DNA of 63,836 nucleotides, the filler included, from Reticulomyxa filosa (lineage: Eukaryota > Protista > Foraminifera): NCBI GenBank assembly GCA_000512085.1. It is 16 parts of 16 records of this genome, joined end to end, with 100 filler letters (N's around TTAATTAATTAA, not from the genome) between each part and the next. Parts side by side here need not be neighbours in the genome. Positions count along the whole stretch, not along the records: positions 1 to 17,835 come from ASPP01026964.1; positions 17,936 to 26,118 come from ASPP01007406.1; 14 more parts are not named here. One strand, given 5' to 3'. Shown here piece by piece: positions 13,463 to 25,007 of this stretch. How positions within the stretch are numbered: the stretch's first letter is position 1; each line of letters begins with the position of its first letter. Under the pieces are notes generated by a model, which was not told the DNA's origin, did not search any database, and worked only from the letters and a program-made list of their open reading frames with translations. The position numbers were made by a program, and so were the translations under genes.

Positions 13463-14847
13463 ATGGGGACTTGCAACAGCAGCCAGCTAGTGCAGGAAAA
13501 GAAAGAATTAAAAACAGAAAAAAAAACGAATAAGAAGATTCAACATGATCTTGAAAAGTTGCATCAAAGTGATCAAGAAATTAAAAAACTTTTATTGTTA
13601 GGTGCAGGAGAATCTGGTAAATCTACTTTATTCAAGCAAATGATTGCCTTATATGGCAAAGGCTTCAGTGAAGATCAAAGACAATCGTACCGAGGAATTG
13701 TGTTCCAAAATGTCATCCGGGCAATGAAAGTGCTAGTTCAAAATATGGACGAACTTAAAGCTGAATTCAATGTTGAAGTTGAATTTTGCCATTTTATGAA
13801 GTGCAAACAACCTTGCACACGAAAAAATATTTAAAATGTTTTGGTGAAATGATTTTCTGTTGACAATATCCCCATTCACGGGATTACAGCTTGAAGTAGA
13901 ACATCAAGAAGCAGCCAAACGCACAAAAAATTTATTGGGAAATGAAGAAATGACAGAAGAAATTGCAGCTGACATTCAAGCGTTATGGAAAGACAGTGGA
14001 ATTCAAAAAATTTATGAGAACCGGTCAAGGTTCCAGTTTCCAGACAGCGGTCCGTACTTTTTTAGCCGAGTAAACGACATGATAAAAAAAGATTACATTC
14101 CAAACCAACAAGACGTGCTAAGATCACGTGTTCGTAGCACAGGTATGCTCGAAACTGATTTTGAAGTGGAAGGAAACCAGTTCCGCGTGTTTGACGTTGG
14201 TGGCCAAAGGAATGAACGCAGGAAATGGATTCATTGTTTCGAAAATGTGAGTTGTGTCATTTTTGTTGCTGCTATCAGTGAATACGATCAGGTTTCATAT
14301 GTATTCCAAAAGGTTTTTTATTAAACCCTTTTTACGGAGAAAATTATCAACTTAAAAAAAAAACATTGGGATTAGAAATAATTTTTTTGAAATGTAAAAT
14401 CGTCTGCTTTAGGTCTTATTCGAAGACGAAGTAACCAACCGTGTTGTCGAGGCGATTCACTTGTTTGATGATATTTGTAACTCGAGTTGGTTTGTCAAAA
14501 CTTCCATCATTTTATTTTTGAATAAAAGGGATTTATTCATGGAAAAAATACATAAAATTCCTTTAAATACCTGCGAGCCATTTAAAGATTACAATGGACC
14601 GTTATATGATTACGACAGTGGATGTGAATATTTTCGTGCAAAATTTGAACAAAAAAATCGTAGCGAGGAAAAAGAAGTGTATACTCATGTAACATGCGCA
14701 ACAGATACAAGTAATGTCTCTCGTGTATTTGATTCTGTAAAAGCGATTTTAATCAAACAATCCCTGCGAGACGGTAACTTTTGTGTTTATTTGTTACCCT
14801 ATATTTACAATGATTTTATACATACACTTACAGCTCAATTATTTTGA
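13463..14847 (+). CDS. Heterotrimeric G protein alpha subunit (4 exons)
   Basis: MGTC lipidation start, LLLLGAGESGKST, RSRVRSTG, DVGGQRNERRKWIHCF, FLNKRD, TCATDT. Last exon ends DAQLF* at 14847. Confidence 0.95.
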
Positions 14848-15399
14848 TCGATCCAGATGTTATTGTCAATTTAAAACGCAGCTACAGAAGGCGTTTATAA
14901 AAAAATTATAAAATCTTTAAAAAGTAGCAATGTGAAATGTAAACCATACAATTAGCAATTTTTTTCGAGAAATAAGTTTATCACTCTAATGCCAATGTAG
15001 AGAAAATATTCTAATGCAGATAAAGTGTATCAAACAGACAAACGAGGAAATAGCAAACAATAAAAATAAACCATAAAAATTCTTTTGATCGAACGCATCA
15101 CAAAAAAAACAATTTTTGAAATTGTCAGCCAAATCGATAAAAGTTTCACAAAACAATAAATTGACACCATGACAGAAAAAACAAATTTCCAAACCTAAAC
15201 TCAATAATTAGACTTTTTTTTGTTAGTGATCGTGTGGAAGAGGTTCCCGTTAGTCATTAATTTTGGTGGAATTCGTCCACCCACCACTTTTTTTCAGAAT
15301 CAAACAAAAAGATTGAATATTAAAAAAAAAAAGAAAAGGTTGCGATTAAAAGATATTAGACAAAAAAAGTATTTTGAAAAAAAGCATTCATATATGAAT

Positions 15400-17835
15400 T
15401 TATTCCTTCGCAGTTTGTGTTTCAGCCCACTTGAGAAACGGCTATATAAAACACATTTAAGTAACTTGTGCACATACGTATAAACAAGAATTGCAACTCT
15501 CAAATGTTATTATGTGAAAGCAAAGATAAAAACAAGAGACAGAAACTGCAGTATTTCGAAATCTGTGAAAAGGCTTGCGCATGTTTCGAAATACAGCTAA
15601 CAAACAACCATCAAGAGCATCCAATATCCTATGTACCAACTCGTCGGCCATATCTTCAGTGATGGCCTTTGGACGATTTTGATAGTCGAGCAAGACTTTT
15701 TGTGAGGGAATCATGGAGAAATTTCCAGGAAACAAAAAAATGGAAAGAGACCTCATTACGGACCGTTGTTTTGTTTTTGTCATCGTGCCACTCCACGACT
15801 CTCTGGGTTTTGTAAGCACAGACAAATGCCGGCTTTTTTCGCCCTTGGGAGTACTTAAGGCTTTGTCATCGACAATCCGAACCTCGGACGAGCGATGCTT
15901 CTCGCGGGATACATGATGTTTATCTTTCGACACCTCCCGAAGATGTTGCGACATTTGCGTCGCAGATGATCTTTGCAAGTGCGCTTTCACTTCAATTCCA
16001 TTCACTGGACTGTCTTTGCTCAATTTATTCGGCTGAAAGTCGTCCACTGGATCAGGATGTTCTATTCCGCCTGTATACATATGTACGTATACATATTCAA
16101 CATAAATACATATATGTATATGTATATACGATATACTATATTTTGAATTGTTATTTGACGCTACTTCAAATTTTTAAAAGTATCATTTAACAAGCAAATA
16201 AAAAAAAAAAAAAAAAAAAAAAATTTGAATATAATTATTGGTAGATTGAGTGGAACATTAAGATAACCAAATTTCAACTCTCGCTCCAACGAGTCGCCAA
16301 AACGCGATTGATAGGAAGTGGTGGTAGTGGCGTCACTGCGTGTGCTCGGCTGTCGCAGGGTGGCTGTGTCCGGCGGCGCTTGCAAGGCGAACGGCCGCGG
16401 GGACTGCATGGAAGCTTGGACCGACGAAAAGACAGCACTGCCTATTTTGGTTACTGTCTCTTGTGGTACGAACATACCCACACCGACGCCGACAGGAGTG
16501 GACGTGTCCGAATCCATCATGTCGCTGTCTTGCAACGAGTGTGACGTTATCGTCGGCAGCGTGGACGTTGCTTGAAAGCCATTTGACAACTGTCGTGTAG
16601 AAAACCGGGTCTCGCGCGTTTTCGCGTCCCCCGCAACGACGGCAGCAGTAGTGATCGTGGTCGTGGTCGTGGTAGCGATGGTGGACGACACCACTATTTC
16701 CTTGATCCCTTCATTCTGCTTCTTTTCCATGGACGCCTTTTCCAAACTATTCAGTTCTTTCCCTTGAGGTGTAATTATATGATTTATTCACGTATGCGTG
16801 CACAAAACTTTTGACCAGTGCAATTTTATTTTTTTTAAAAAAAAAAAAAGATTATTGTCTCAAGAGGAGAAAAAAAAAAAAGGGGAGAAGGGGGGGGGGA
16901 CATGACTTTTTTTTTGAACTTACAAGGTTCAGTTGCGGGCAACGCTGAAGAGACCTTTGAAAGGCGTGTGTTGTCGTCAGACATAGTAGACGTGTGACCG
17001 GTTGAGGCTCGCATATCGGCGGCGGTGGCGGTGGAGAAAGCTTTCGTGTTGGCCTTGTGAAAGTCTTTGGCGGATGGACTTCCGGACATCCTTCGTGTGT
17101 GTTGATCTTCACCTTGCAGCGTGGGATGATACGAGGTGACGGAAGGCGATGTGTAATGGCTCAACGCGAGAGCGTCCAAGTTCTCCGACAATGGCTCGAC
17201 GCCGTCGTATTCCAAGTCCAATTCGATGTAGTAGTGTCTTGCGACTAGCACATAGGCGTGTGTGCAGCACTGTCGCTCCTCGTACGACACGTTGATCATA
17301 TGGGGTGCATTCGTGTACTGTCCATCGTCAATGTACTTTTCGTACAGCGCCATAAAACGAAGACCCGCCAATGGATACTGCTGAATAATGTCCGAGGTGG
17401 CAATGTTTGCAACGGGATACAGTGTGGTCTTTCCGTCCAAACGTGGACTTTTTTTTTTTTGGTAATTTTTTGAAAAAAAAAAAAACAACTGCAACACAGC
17501 TGTCGATTTTTGTTTTTTTGTTTATTTTTAATCTCAACTATAAGTTGACCAAGTTTTGTTTAAGTTGCAAGCATCTTTCATGTCAATACGCACCCCGTTC
17601 GTTGAACACAAAAGCAAACATTTTTTAAAAAAAAAAAAAAAAAAAACAGTTTTGGCAGTTCGAGGAATATATACATATACATGTACATATCTCAATGTCA
17701 TAAAGTGAAACAAAATGAGATACACATACACATGTATATACGTATAAATATATTTATATGCATGAACGTAACTCGATTGCAAATAACAAATTTTCTGCCG
17801 CGTACTCACTAGGGTCACAAATCCAAAGACACAAG
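15400..17835 (-). CDS. RGS-domain protein with long low-complexity insertion, 5'-partial, multi-exon
   Basis: RGS-like LYEKYI......APHMINVSYEER (about 17280-17350) and terminal helix ILDALDGCLLAVFRNMRKPFHRFRNTA|PFLKW, with the last exon ending TAA at 15400. Confidence 0.6.
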
Positions 17836-17935
17836 NNNNNNNNNNNNNNNNNNNNNNNNNNNNNNNNNNNNNNNNNNNNTTAATTAATTAANNNNNNNNN
17901 NNNNNNNNNNNNNNNNNNNNNNNNNNNNNNNNNNN
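17836..17935. other. Artificial contig linker. Identical linkers at 26119, 30238, 31425, 33193, 34470, 36514, 38000, 39749, 42938, 45915, 48332, 55590, 56831 and 61972 (100 nt each)
   Basis: N44-TTAATTAATTAA-N44 occurs 15 times. Confidence 0.99.
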
Positions 17936-18756
17936 ACTCTATCATCCTTCGGATGGACTTAGATTTGCAGAGAAACGGGACAATGGTTTTGTAGGGCCGG
18001 GCTCAAACGAGGCAGTAAGTGAGATACACAATTGTAGCGATAAGGACGCTTCATTCAGCAATTACTTGTCTCAAAACAGAACCAATAGCAATACTTCATT
18101 TGGTCAAAAAGCTACAGAATTATTGGATTAATTAATCATTTCTCTCCCATACACAAAGTAACTTTTTTTAAAAAAAAAAAGAATGGGTCAAATTGTTTTT
18201 CTCTTTTTTGATTGTTATGTGCTTTGGGTTTATTTTATTTAGCTAGTTTAAAATTACTTTTTTCCAAATTCTTTTAGCCTAATTGAATGTTATGTAAGAT
18301 ATTATCTCTGGCCGGTGGAAAGATAATCAGTCTATGAGAGAAACAAAAAGAGACGTTTCAATATTTTTTGTGTATGATCGAAGATCTATTAAAATGTCAA
18401 TGAATAATCTATAGAGACAAACTGTTGCTTTCTGAATTGTAATACGAAAGTTGTTTCTTCAACAAAATTTCAACAGAAACAAGTAAATAAAACAAAAAAA
18501 ACAAAGAATGAAACAGAAAGCTAACCAAACAGTAAATGAGCGTGTTTAGGAAAAATTGTTCCTAAGCTCAAATAAAATGTTTCTTTGACCTTGTTGGGTG
18601 TAGTTTTTTATTTTACAATGTTTACAATCGCAGATCCCTGTTTTCCTTTTAACTTTGAAAGTGACATAATCTTGAAAGTTACATTGAATTCAGCTTAAAA
18701 ATGTTTGAAAGAAGTTATGTATAATTGTTAGTCTGATTTTGAAATAATGTTGAAAT

Positions 18757-19759
18757 TCATTTATTGTTTTCTTGTTTATACAATTGTTTTTGTCTGTGAT
18801 ATCGTTGCAGTTCTCTCCCAAAACTTCTGCCTTTGATTTCATGCCAATTTTTTTTTGGCGGTCTGACTCTTTCACACTCGATTTTTTGTCGTTTGTAGAG
18901 AATATATTCTTCTTGTTCCCTTAATTGTGCAAGCATGTACTCACTTGCAAATTGTTCAATTCCTGCCTCTCTAATTATTGGTCTTTTTGCCTCATGTAAA
19001 TGGTCACGAAAGGGTTGGTCCCACCAGTTCATTGCTCTATGTAACCGAAAAATTTAAACAATTACTGTTAACTATTAAGTTAAAAAAAACAAAACCAGTG
19101 AATCGTTTTTAAAATACTTGCTGATTAATTTCTTTTTGGGTTGCTCATTTATTGTTTGTTGCTTTCCCAAAATCTGAATGGGTGGTTTGTAACAACTTGG
19201 TATGTTCGATACTAAATTTGGATCATACCTTGCTTTTTCAATATTCGTTGCTTGTAGTTGTAGTTTTTTAAGCATATATTCAATTCCCTCAAGAATCTGA
19301 GGCTTATTCATTATATTTTCCTGTGGAAAAGTCCTCTCCTTATATGACTCTAATGTACATAAAGAAATTTTGTTTAGTTTGTTATTTAATGACCAGAAAA
19401 AAGTTGGGACTATCTTTTAGTATTTTAATATAGTACTTGCCAGTATTTGTGCTGGAGGTGTTAGTTGGAGACGCTGAAGCCGAAAAATTAATATTTTCAA
19501 CAAAGTGATCTATCTTTTCTTGATTAGTACAACTTAGCACGGAAGTGGGCGGCTCAGAGTTAACTGTCTTACCCAATATACTTGTACTTGAAGATTTACT
19601 GTTAAATTGAGACAATACATTGTGCTCTGATAGTGTTGCAGATGAAACCTCTTTCTGTAATTCCTTGTTTTGAGAAGGAGCTATGAGATCGTCAATAAAA
19701 TACAAACAACTTTTTCCTTTTTTTTTTCCGTTGGACATTACTCGCTCAATCCTCTGCAT
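18757..19759 (-). CDS. Hypothetical multi-exon protein
   Basis: Three collinear minus-strand ORFs separated by short intron-like AT-rich gaps. The last exon has a conserved-looking ERVRPPKKNWHEIKGRSFGREL motif that I cannot assign. Confidence 0.5.
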
Positions 19760-20129
19760 AAGTTGTTCATTGTTTACATGAAGCTGAGGTCCCGTAAATT
19801 TGGAGGGCGTTTAACAAGCTTTTTCGTCGTTTAACAGATAGTTGTACTGTCATCTTACGTGTTTTTTTATTCCTAAAATTTATTTAAAATTATCGGAGAA
19901 TTACTCATAATGAACGATAATTAGTTATTCACATCTTTTATTAACAAAATGACGAAACGTTAATATTTACGAATTAATTGCTACATTTATTCTCTCATTA
20001 AGTAATTTATTGCATTGTGAGAGTTTTTTCAAAAAATTGAATAGAGCTGGAAAAACAAACTAGTACTTAATCGTTCAGTTTAAAGTTAAACTTTTTAAGG
20101 GAAAGAAAAATAGTATCAACATAACAGTG

Positions 20130-20791
20130 ATGGCTCGTCGTATACGAAAGGAATTGAAAGATTTTGTTAAAAAGGTCCAACAATTCCAGACTATCAATTC
20201 AGTTTTGCTCCAGTAGAGGAAGGTAATGTAACACTACTGAAAGCAATTTTATTAGGTCCAATTAACACTCCATATGAAAATGGGATATTTGAATGTATGA
20301 TAACATTGCCTACTACCTATCCATTTTCATGTCCAAAGCTAGATTGGAAAACTCCAATTCATCATATTAATTTTGAATCTTCAAGTCAATCATATCATAT
20401 TTGCTTTGATTGGGGTTGTTCTTGTAACATGGATCAATGGAGCCCAGCAAAGACGATAGACAAACTTCTTTGCACAATATATTCATTGTTTTACTTTCCC
20501 TGTGTCTCTAACTGTTGTGGAAAAATTAAATATTCAAACAACACACGATTAAAATATAACTATTTGGCAGCACAAGAAACATTTGAAAAAGCAAATTCAA
20601 AAGATAGAGGTGCTCAAATAGTTCAAAAATATGAAACTTATTGTAAACAATTTGAAACTTTTGACAAATATTTGATATATTGCAAAGAGTTAATAGAGAA
20701 TTCTTTTCAAATCTATGAACCAGAGCAATTAGTTGACAACGGAATACTTGTTTTAATTATTGAATATGTTGATATTTTTGATGTTGTGTGA
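20130..20791 (+). CDS. Ubiquitin-conjugating enzyme E2 (divergent); frameshift in A5 run at about 20169-20173
   Basis: MARRIRKELKDF, LLGPINTPYENGIF, LPTTYPFSCPK..WKTPIHHIN, catalytic ICFD, QWSPAKTI..LL..IYSL. Confidence 0.85.
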
Positions 20792-22012
20792 TTCTGTTGA
20801 TTCAGTTTTTCTTTTATCATCAATGTATCAAAATAAAATGTGATCGTCAGTCTTCATTTTAAAATAACATACTGATTAACTTCATCTTTAAAACTCACAA
20901 CAGTGGTAAGCAACCCTTTTTTAAAAAAAGCTTGTGAACTTTTCGTGTTTGCGATCCGAACGAGAAACTCTTGTTTGAGAAAAGCCTTTTTACTTTTTGT
21001 TGCCTCCGACACCAAAAGGAGAATGGATTGCATCATCATTTTTTTGGTAAGAATTCTTTTTTTTGAAATATTTCGTCGCGACTGTCCGTAGGTGAAAAAA
21101 TACTTTTGTTGCGATGACGTACAGTTTCCAAATAACCGAAATAAGTTGCACTTCCACAAAAATAAAAATTGAACTGTTCAATAATGTGCAAACTCGGAAT
21201 ATTTAAACTGACCCTTGTTAATTTGCCCAGGACCTGAAAAGAGAAAAGTTAATCAATTATTTTTTTTAGATTTATTTCTATGATGTAATCTAATACGTTT
21301 GATTCAAAAATGAAATAATAATTTCATGTTGCTACTGATTTTGAAAGAAGACAATAAACTCTTTCCAATTTGTTAATTTTTTAGCCTTGTTTAAAATGTG
21401 AAATGTTTTTGAATAGGATTTCATTGGGTACAAGGTATTTTTAAGATTAGATGAGGGCTTCTAAATTAGTGTAAATCTAATGCTTTTGGATTACTTTTAA
21501 AAAATTGCAATTTTTCTTGATAATTTTTAAAATATCCAAATGGAAGTAACGGGCGCTTCAGCGTAAAGTCGCAAAAAAACTTTTTAAGAGATGTGAAATA
21601 ATCTTTTAAAATCATTTTTTGCAATTTTTAATGTAAATAATAGTCTAATATGATGTTAATGGCAAAAAAAAATTTGTATTACAATGTGTATATTTTCATT
21701 AAATACAAGTACTGCAATATCATTTCAAAAGAATTTAAGTACGGGCGCACCTTCGTTATTTAGAAGAAGCCAAATTTTTTTAGAAACGCTTTTGAACTTT
21801 GATATGTCCTTGTTTGATGAGATGCGACATTGCATTGCTTAAAAAATGATTTAAAAAAAATTTGAAAAGATGATTTCACTACATGTTGGCTAAACATTTA
21901 CTACATTTTTAAAAACGTTATAAAAAAACATACCATACAAAACAATCCAATACTAAAAAATATCCTAAACGACTAAACAAAAAAGACGAGTACAGTTAGA
22001 GCTCGTCCATTG

Positions 22013-23680
22013 TTAACGCCTAATGTGCATCTCCAAATACTCGCATCTCTTTTGGAAACGATCAGCTGGGACTTCCTCCCACATTTCTTTGTTTTGCATG
22101 ACTTTGTACAAACCATTGAGGTTATTCTTTTCCACATACGATCGCAGGGCAGATTGCTTGGATGGATGAAGATCGTCCCGAAAGCATAGATCAAACAAGA
22201 TGTCCTGCATCAAAGGATGCAAGCGCGAAAAATCAACATTCCAACCTTGCTTGCACTTAGAGGTGACCATTTCCTCGTGTTCTTTGGCATGCTCGCAGAA
22301 CAATAACCGTTGTTGTTCTTTGGTCAAAATGTCCCTTGCCAAAATGGGATTTTTTTGGAGCAAGTCGAACTCTGTCTTTGCTTCGTCCTTTGTCTTTCCA
22401 ACAGCGGGCTTCAAGACATCGACAACGTTGCGAGAGACACCAATTTTGTTCATCATCTTGAGGAATTTCTCGGTGGACGTTTGTCCCAAATCATAGCCTC
22501 TACCAATGGTGACACCCGAGTTTGGAGGCAAATGTATTTTGCGGCTATGAAATGGCGAGTCCTCTTGTTCTCGTCCCTCGATCAAAAAAGTGAAGCAATG
22601 TCTGGTTGGAAGGTCCTTGTTGTCCAAAGATCCATTACCGCACTTTTGTTTGAAAGAGTCAAACTTCTCGTTGCTGATATCTTTTGAAAAACTTAACTGG
22701 TCGTTTTTTGAACGCGAAGCAGCTGCACTTTCCTCCGTCTTCGATTCGGAGGCTACTTGGCCTTGTTGTTGTTGTTGTTGTGACGGTTGCTTCATTTCGG
22801 TCTCGGATACGTCCTTCTTTCGCTCTGTTTCTGGGAAGCCCCTTGTTTTCGGCACTTCCATTTTACGCTCGCGTTCACTCGAGCGCTCCTCGACGTCCCG
22901 TCGCTCGTCACGATGCGTCATGTCGTGATAACTTTTCGGATCTCGCACCCCTTTCGTCGGATCACTGGGTGCGGAGGTCTTTTTCTCGTTCTTTTCCTTC
23001 AAATCTCTTCGATCATTGCGATCGCTCTGCGTCATTCCAGGACCCACTTCTTTCTCTTTGTCGTTCTTTCCAAATGCCTCTTTAACGTTCTCTGCTGTCG
23101 ATCCTACCGTGGATTCTTTGGGCTTGGAGCCTCTTTCTCTTTCTCGTTCTCGCTCTTCTTGTCCTCTCTCCCTATCTTCTCTCTCTTCTATTACCTTTTC
23201 TCCTCGCTCCTTTTCTCTTTCCTTTTGTCTCTCTCTTTGCTCTTCTTGTCTCGTCTCGATGTCTCTTTTCTCCTCTTGCTTCGATGGCAGATCTCGCTTC
23301 TTCTCGTCTTTCTCACTTCGCGTAAAGTCACTCCCGCTACTGGCTCTAGTGGTGTCCTTGTCCGTCCTTTCACCTGCTTCGGGACTCACTGCTGAAGGTT
23401 GCACTGTTCCGCTTTCGCGCTCGCGGCTTTCTTTCCATTCTTTCTCGTCTTTTCGACTGGGGTCATCCGTGTTCTCCTTACGCTTAAAATCGTCGGGTGT
23501 CTTCATCTCGTTGTAAACTCTGACCGGTTCCTCCTTTGTACTGGTCTGAGCTGTATTTTGCGGTGTTTGGTCATTGCCTTTGGGAGAGCCCGTTGACACA
23601 CCCTTGGTAGGGTCTGTAGCAGTGCCTCTTGGAGAGCTGGAAGTATCTTGCTGCTTCTCAGTCGGATTCGTATTTCCCAT
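22013..23680 (-). CDS. Intronless protein: MG myristoylation-like start, charged disordered region, C-terminal pesticin-C-like muramidase (lysozyme-fold) domain
   Basis: FTFLIEG...HSRKIHLP.NSGVTIGRGYDLG ... LTKEQQ.LLF ... FSRLHPLMQDILFDLCFR matches the pesticin C-terminal lysozyme family. The ORF is uninterrupted. Confidence 0.8.
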   Translation of the reverse strand: MGNTNPTEKQQDTSSSPRGTATDPTKGVSTGSPKGNDQTPQNTAQTSTKEEPVRVYNEMKTPDDFKRKENTDDPSRKDEKEWKESRERESGTVQPSAVSPEAGERTDKDTTRASSGSDFTRSEKDEKKRDLPSKQEEKRDIETRQEEQRERQKEREKERGEKVIEEREDRERGQEERERERERGSKPKESTVGSTAENVKEAFGKNDKEKEVGPGMTQSDRNDRRDLKEKNEKKTSAPSDPTKGVRDPKSYHDMTHRDERRDVEERSSERERKMEVPKTRGFPETERKKDVSETEMKQPSQQQQQQGQVASESKTEESAAASRSKNDQLSFSKDISNEKFDSFKQKCGNGSLDNKDLPTRHCFTFLIEGREQEDSPFHSRKIHLPPNSGVTIGRGYDLGQTSTEKFLKMMNKIGVSRNVVDVLKPAVGKTKDEAKTEFDLLQKNPILARDILTKEQQRLLFCEHAKEHEEMVTSKCKQGWNVDFSRLHPLMQDILFDLCFRDDLHPSKQSALRSYVEKNNLNGLYKVMQNKEMWEEVPADRFQKRCEYLEMHIRR

Positions 23681-25007
23681 CGCAACAGATAACTGCAAAT
23701 TCAATTAAAAAAATAAGAAAAGATCTTTTACAATTTTTCTTGCACAAACGAGAGAAAACGAACTGCTTCCACAACAACAAAAAAAGGTACCACTTCTTTG
23801 TTGTACAACTATTTTTCAAGAACAATTACCCTCTTTTGGTGCAAGATTTCAATCACTTGGATGTTCTATCAAATTTGCTGTATGCTTCAGACACTCACTA
23901 CTTTAAAATCATATACAGCATTTAGTTTCTTTATAAACATAAGGTTAAAACTAAAAAATTTGCTATCTCTAACAAACCGTATACTGCAATTAATAGTAAT
24001 TTATTTTCCATATTTAATATTACAATTCTATATCGTAGCTGTTAGGTTGCATTGCATTTCTGATTTTTTTCGCAAAGTTACTTCAGTTTCAAAAACTCAA
24101 AAATTTTGACCAAACTCGTTAGTCCAAAAATGAATGTAAATGAAGATAAGACTTTCTAGACAAGATTTAGAGGTCTTAATTCGTTTCCAGCAAGACACGC
24201 AAAAACTATACGCCGATAACCACAAACAACTGACGAAAAAAACACTCGGTTAAGTTATTCACACGCTGCTCAAAACAAGCAATGGAAAATCAAATTGAGA
24301 TTAAAATATTCTTAAAGGTAAATTAACATAACTGTGCAATTGACGTGTTCGATTTTTAAACAATTACTTTTAACTCTTGTTGGGCTATGCCATTGAAATG
24401 TTGTTAGCATTAAAGATTTAAAATTGTGTCAATTTCACAAAAGCCGTTTTTTTTGTTTATTGTTGTTGATTTCAAAAAAGTTTTAATGCGAAAATGACGT
24501 TTTGGGAATTTTCTTTGTACATCTATCTTTGTGGTACTACATTTCGACATTTTTCGTTCTGTAATGAAAAATGTAAAATTTTGTTTTGAAGAAGGTTTGA
24601 AAAGAACGAAGATGAATAAGTTTGTATAGCTTTATTTGCTTGGCCTTGGTCTGGTGTAGTGTATTGAATGAGGATAAGTATTTAAGAGGTGGTCGTTTAA
24701 ATTTAAAAATTGCGTGTGACAGAAGTTTAAAGCAAAAAACAAAAAGAAAAGCTAATGAAACCAATGTGAAGAAAGTAGTGTGGAATGAAGCCATTGCATC
24801 ACTACAAGCTTTGGCTGAAAATGTTACAGTTAAATGAAAACAGTGAATTGTAGAACTAAGTTTTCGGTAAATATTTTCAACCCATGAATTTACTGTTTGA
24901 ATTTCAGATCACATTTGTGAACGTTGTGATTTAGTTGTTTCGAATGACTTTTGATAGGATGGGGGGGGGGATATGTGTGTTGTAAAAAAAAGACGTCTGC
25001 ATTGAGA

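Noticed and set aside
5555-20175. Programmed frameshifting or RNA editing in LPCAT (about 5565), WD40 (about 9018) and E2 (about 20170) genes
   Set aside because: Single indels in or near homopolymer runs are most simply sequencing errors. No stimulatory structures are seen.
24130-24837. Short ORF fragments upstream of the muramidase gene (possible immunity partner)
   Set aside because: No coherent gene model or motif, and a eukaryote lacking peptidoglycan needs no immunity protein.
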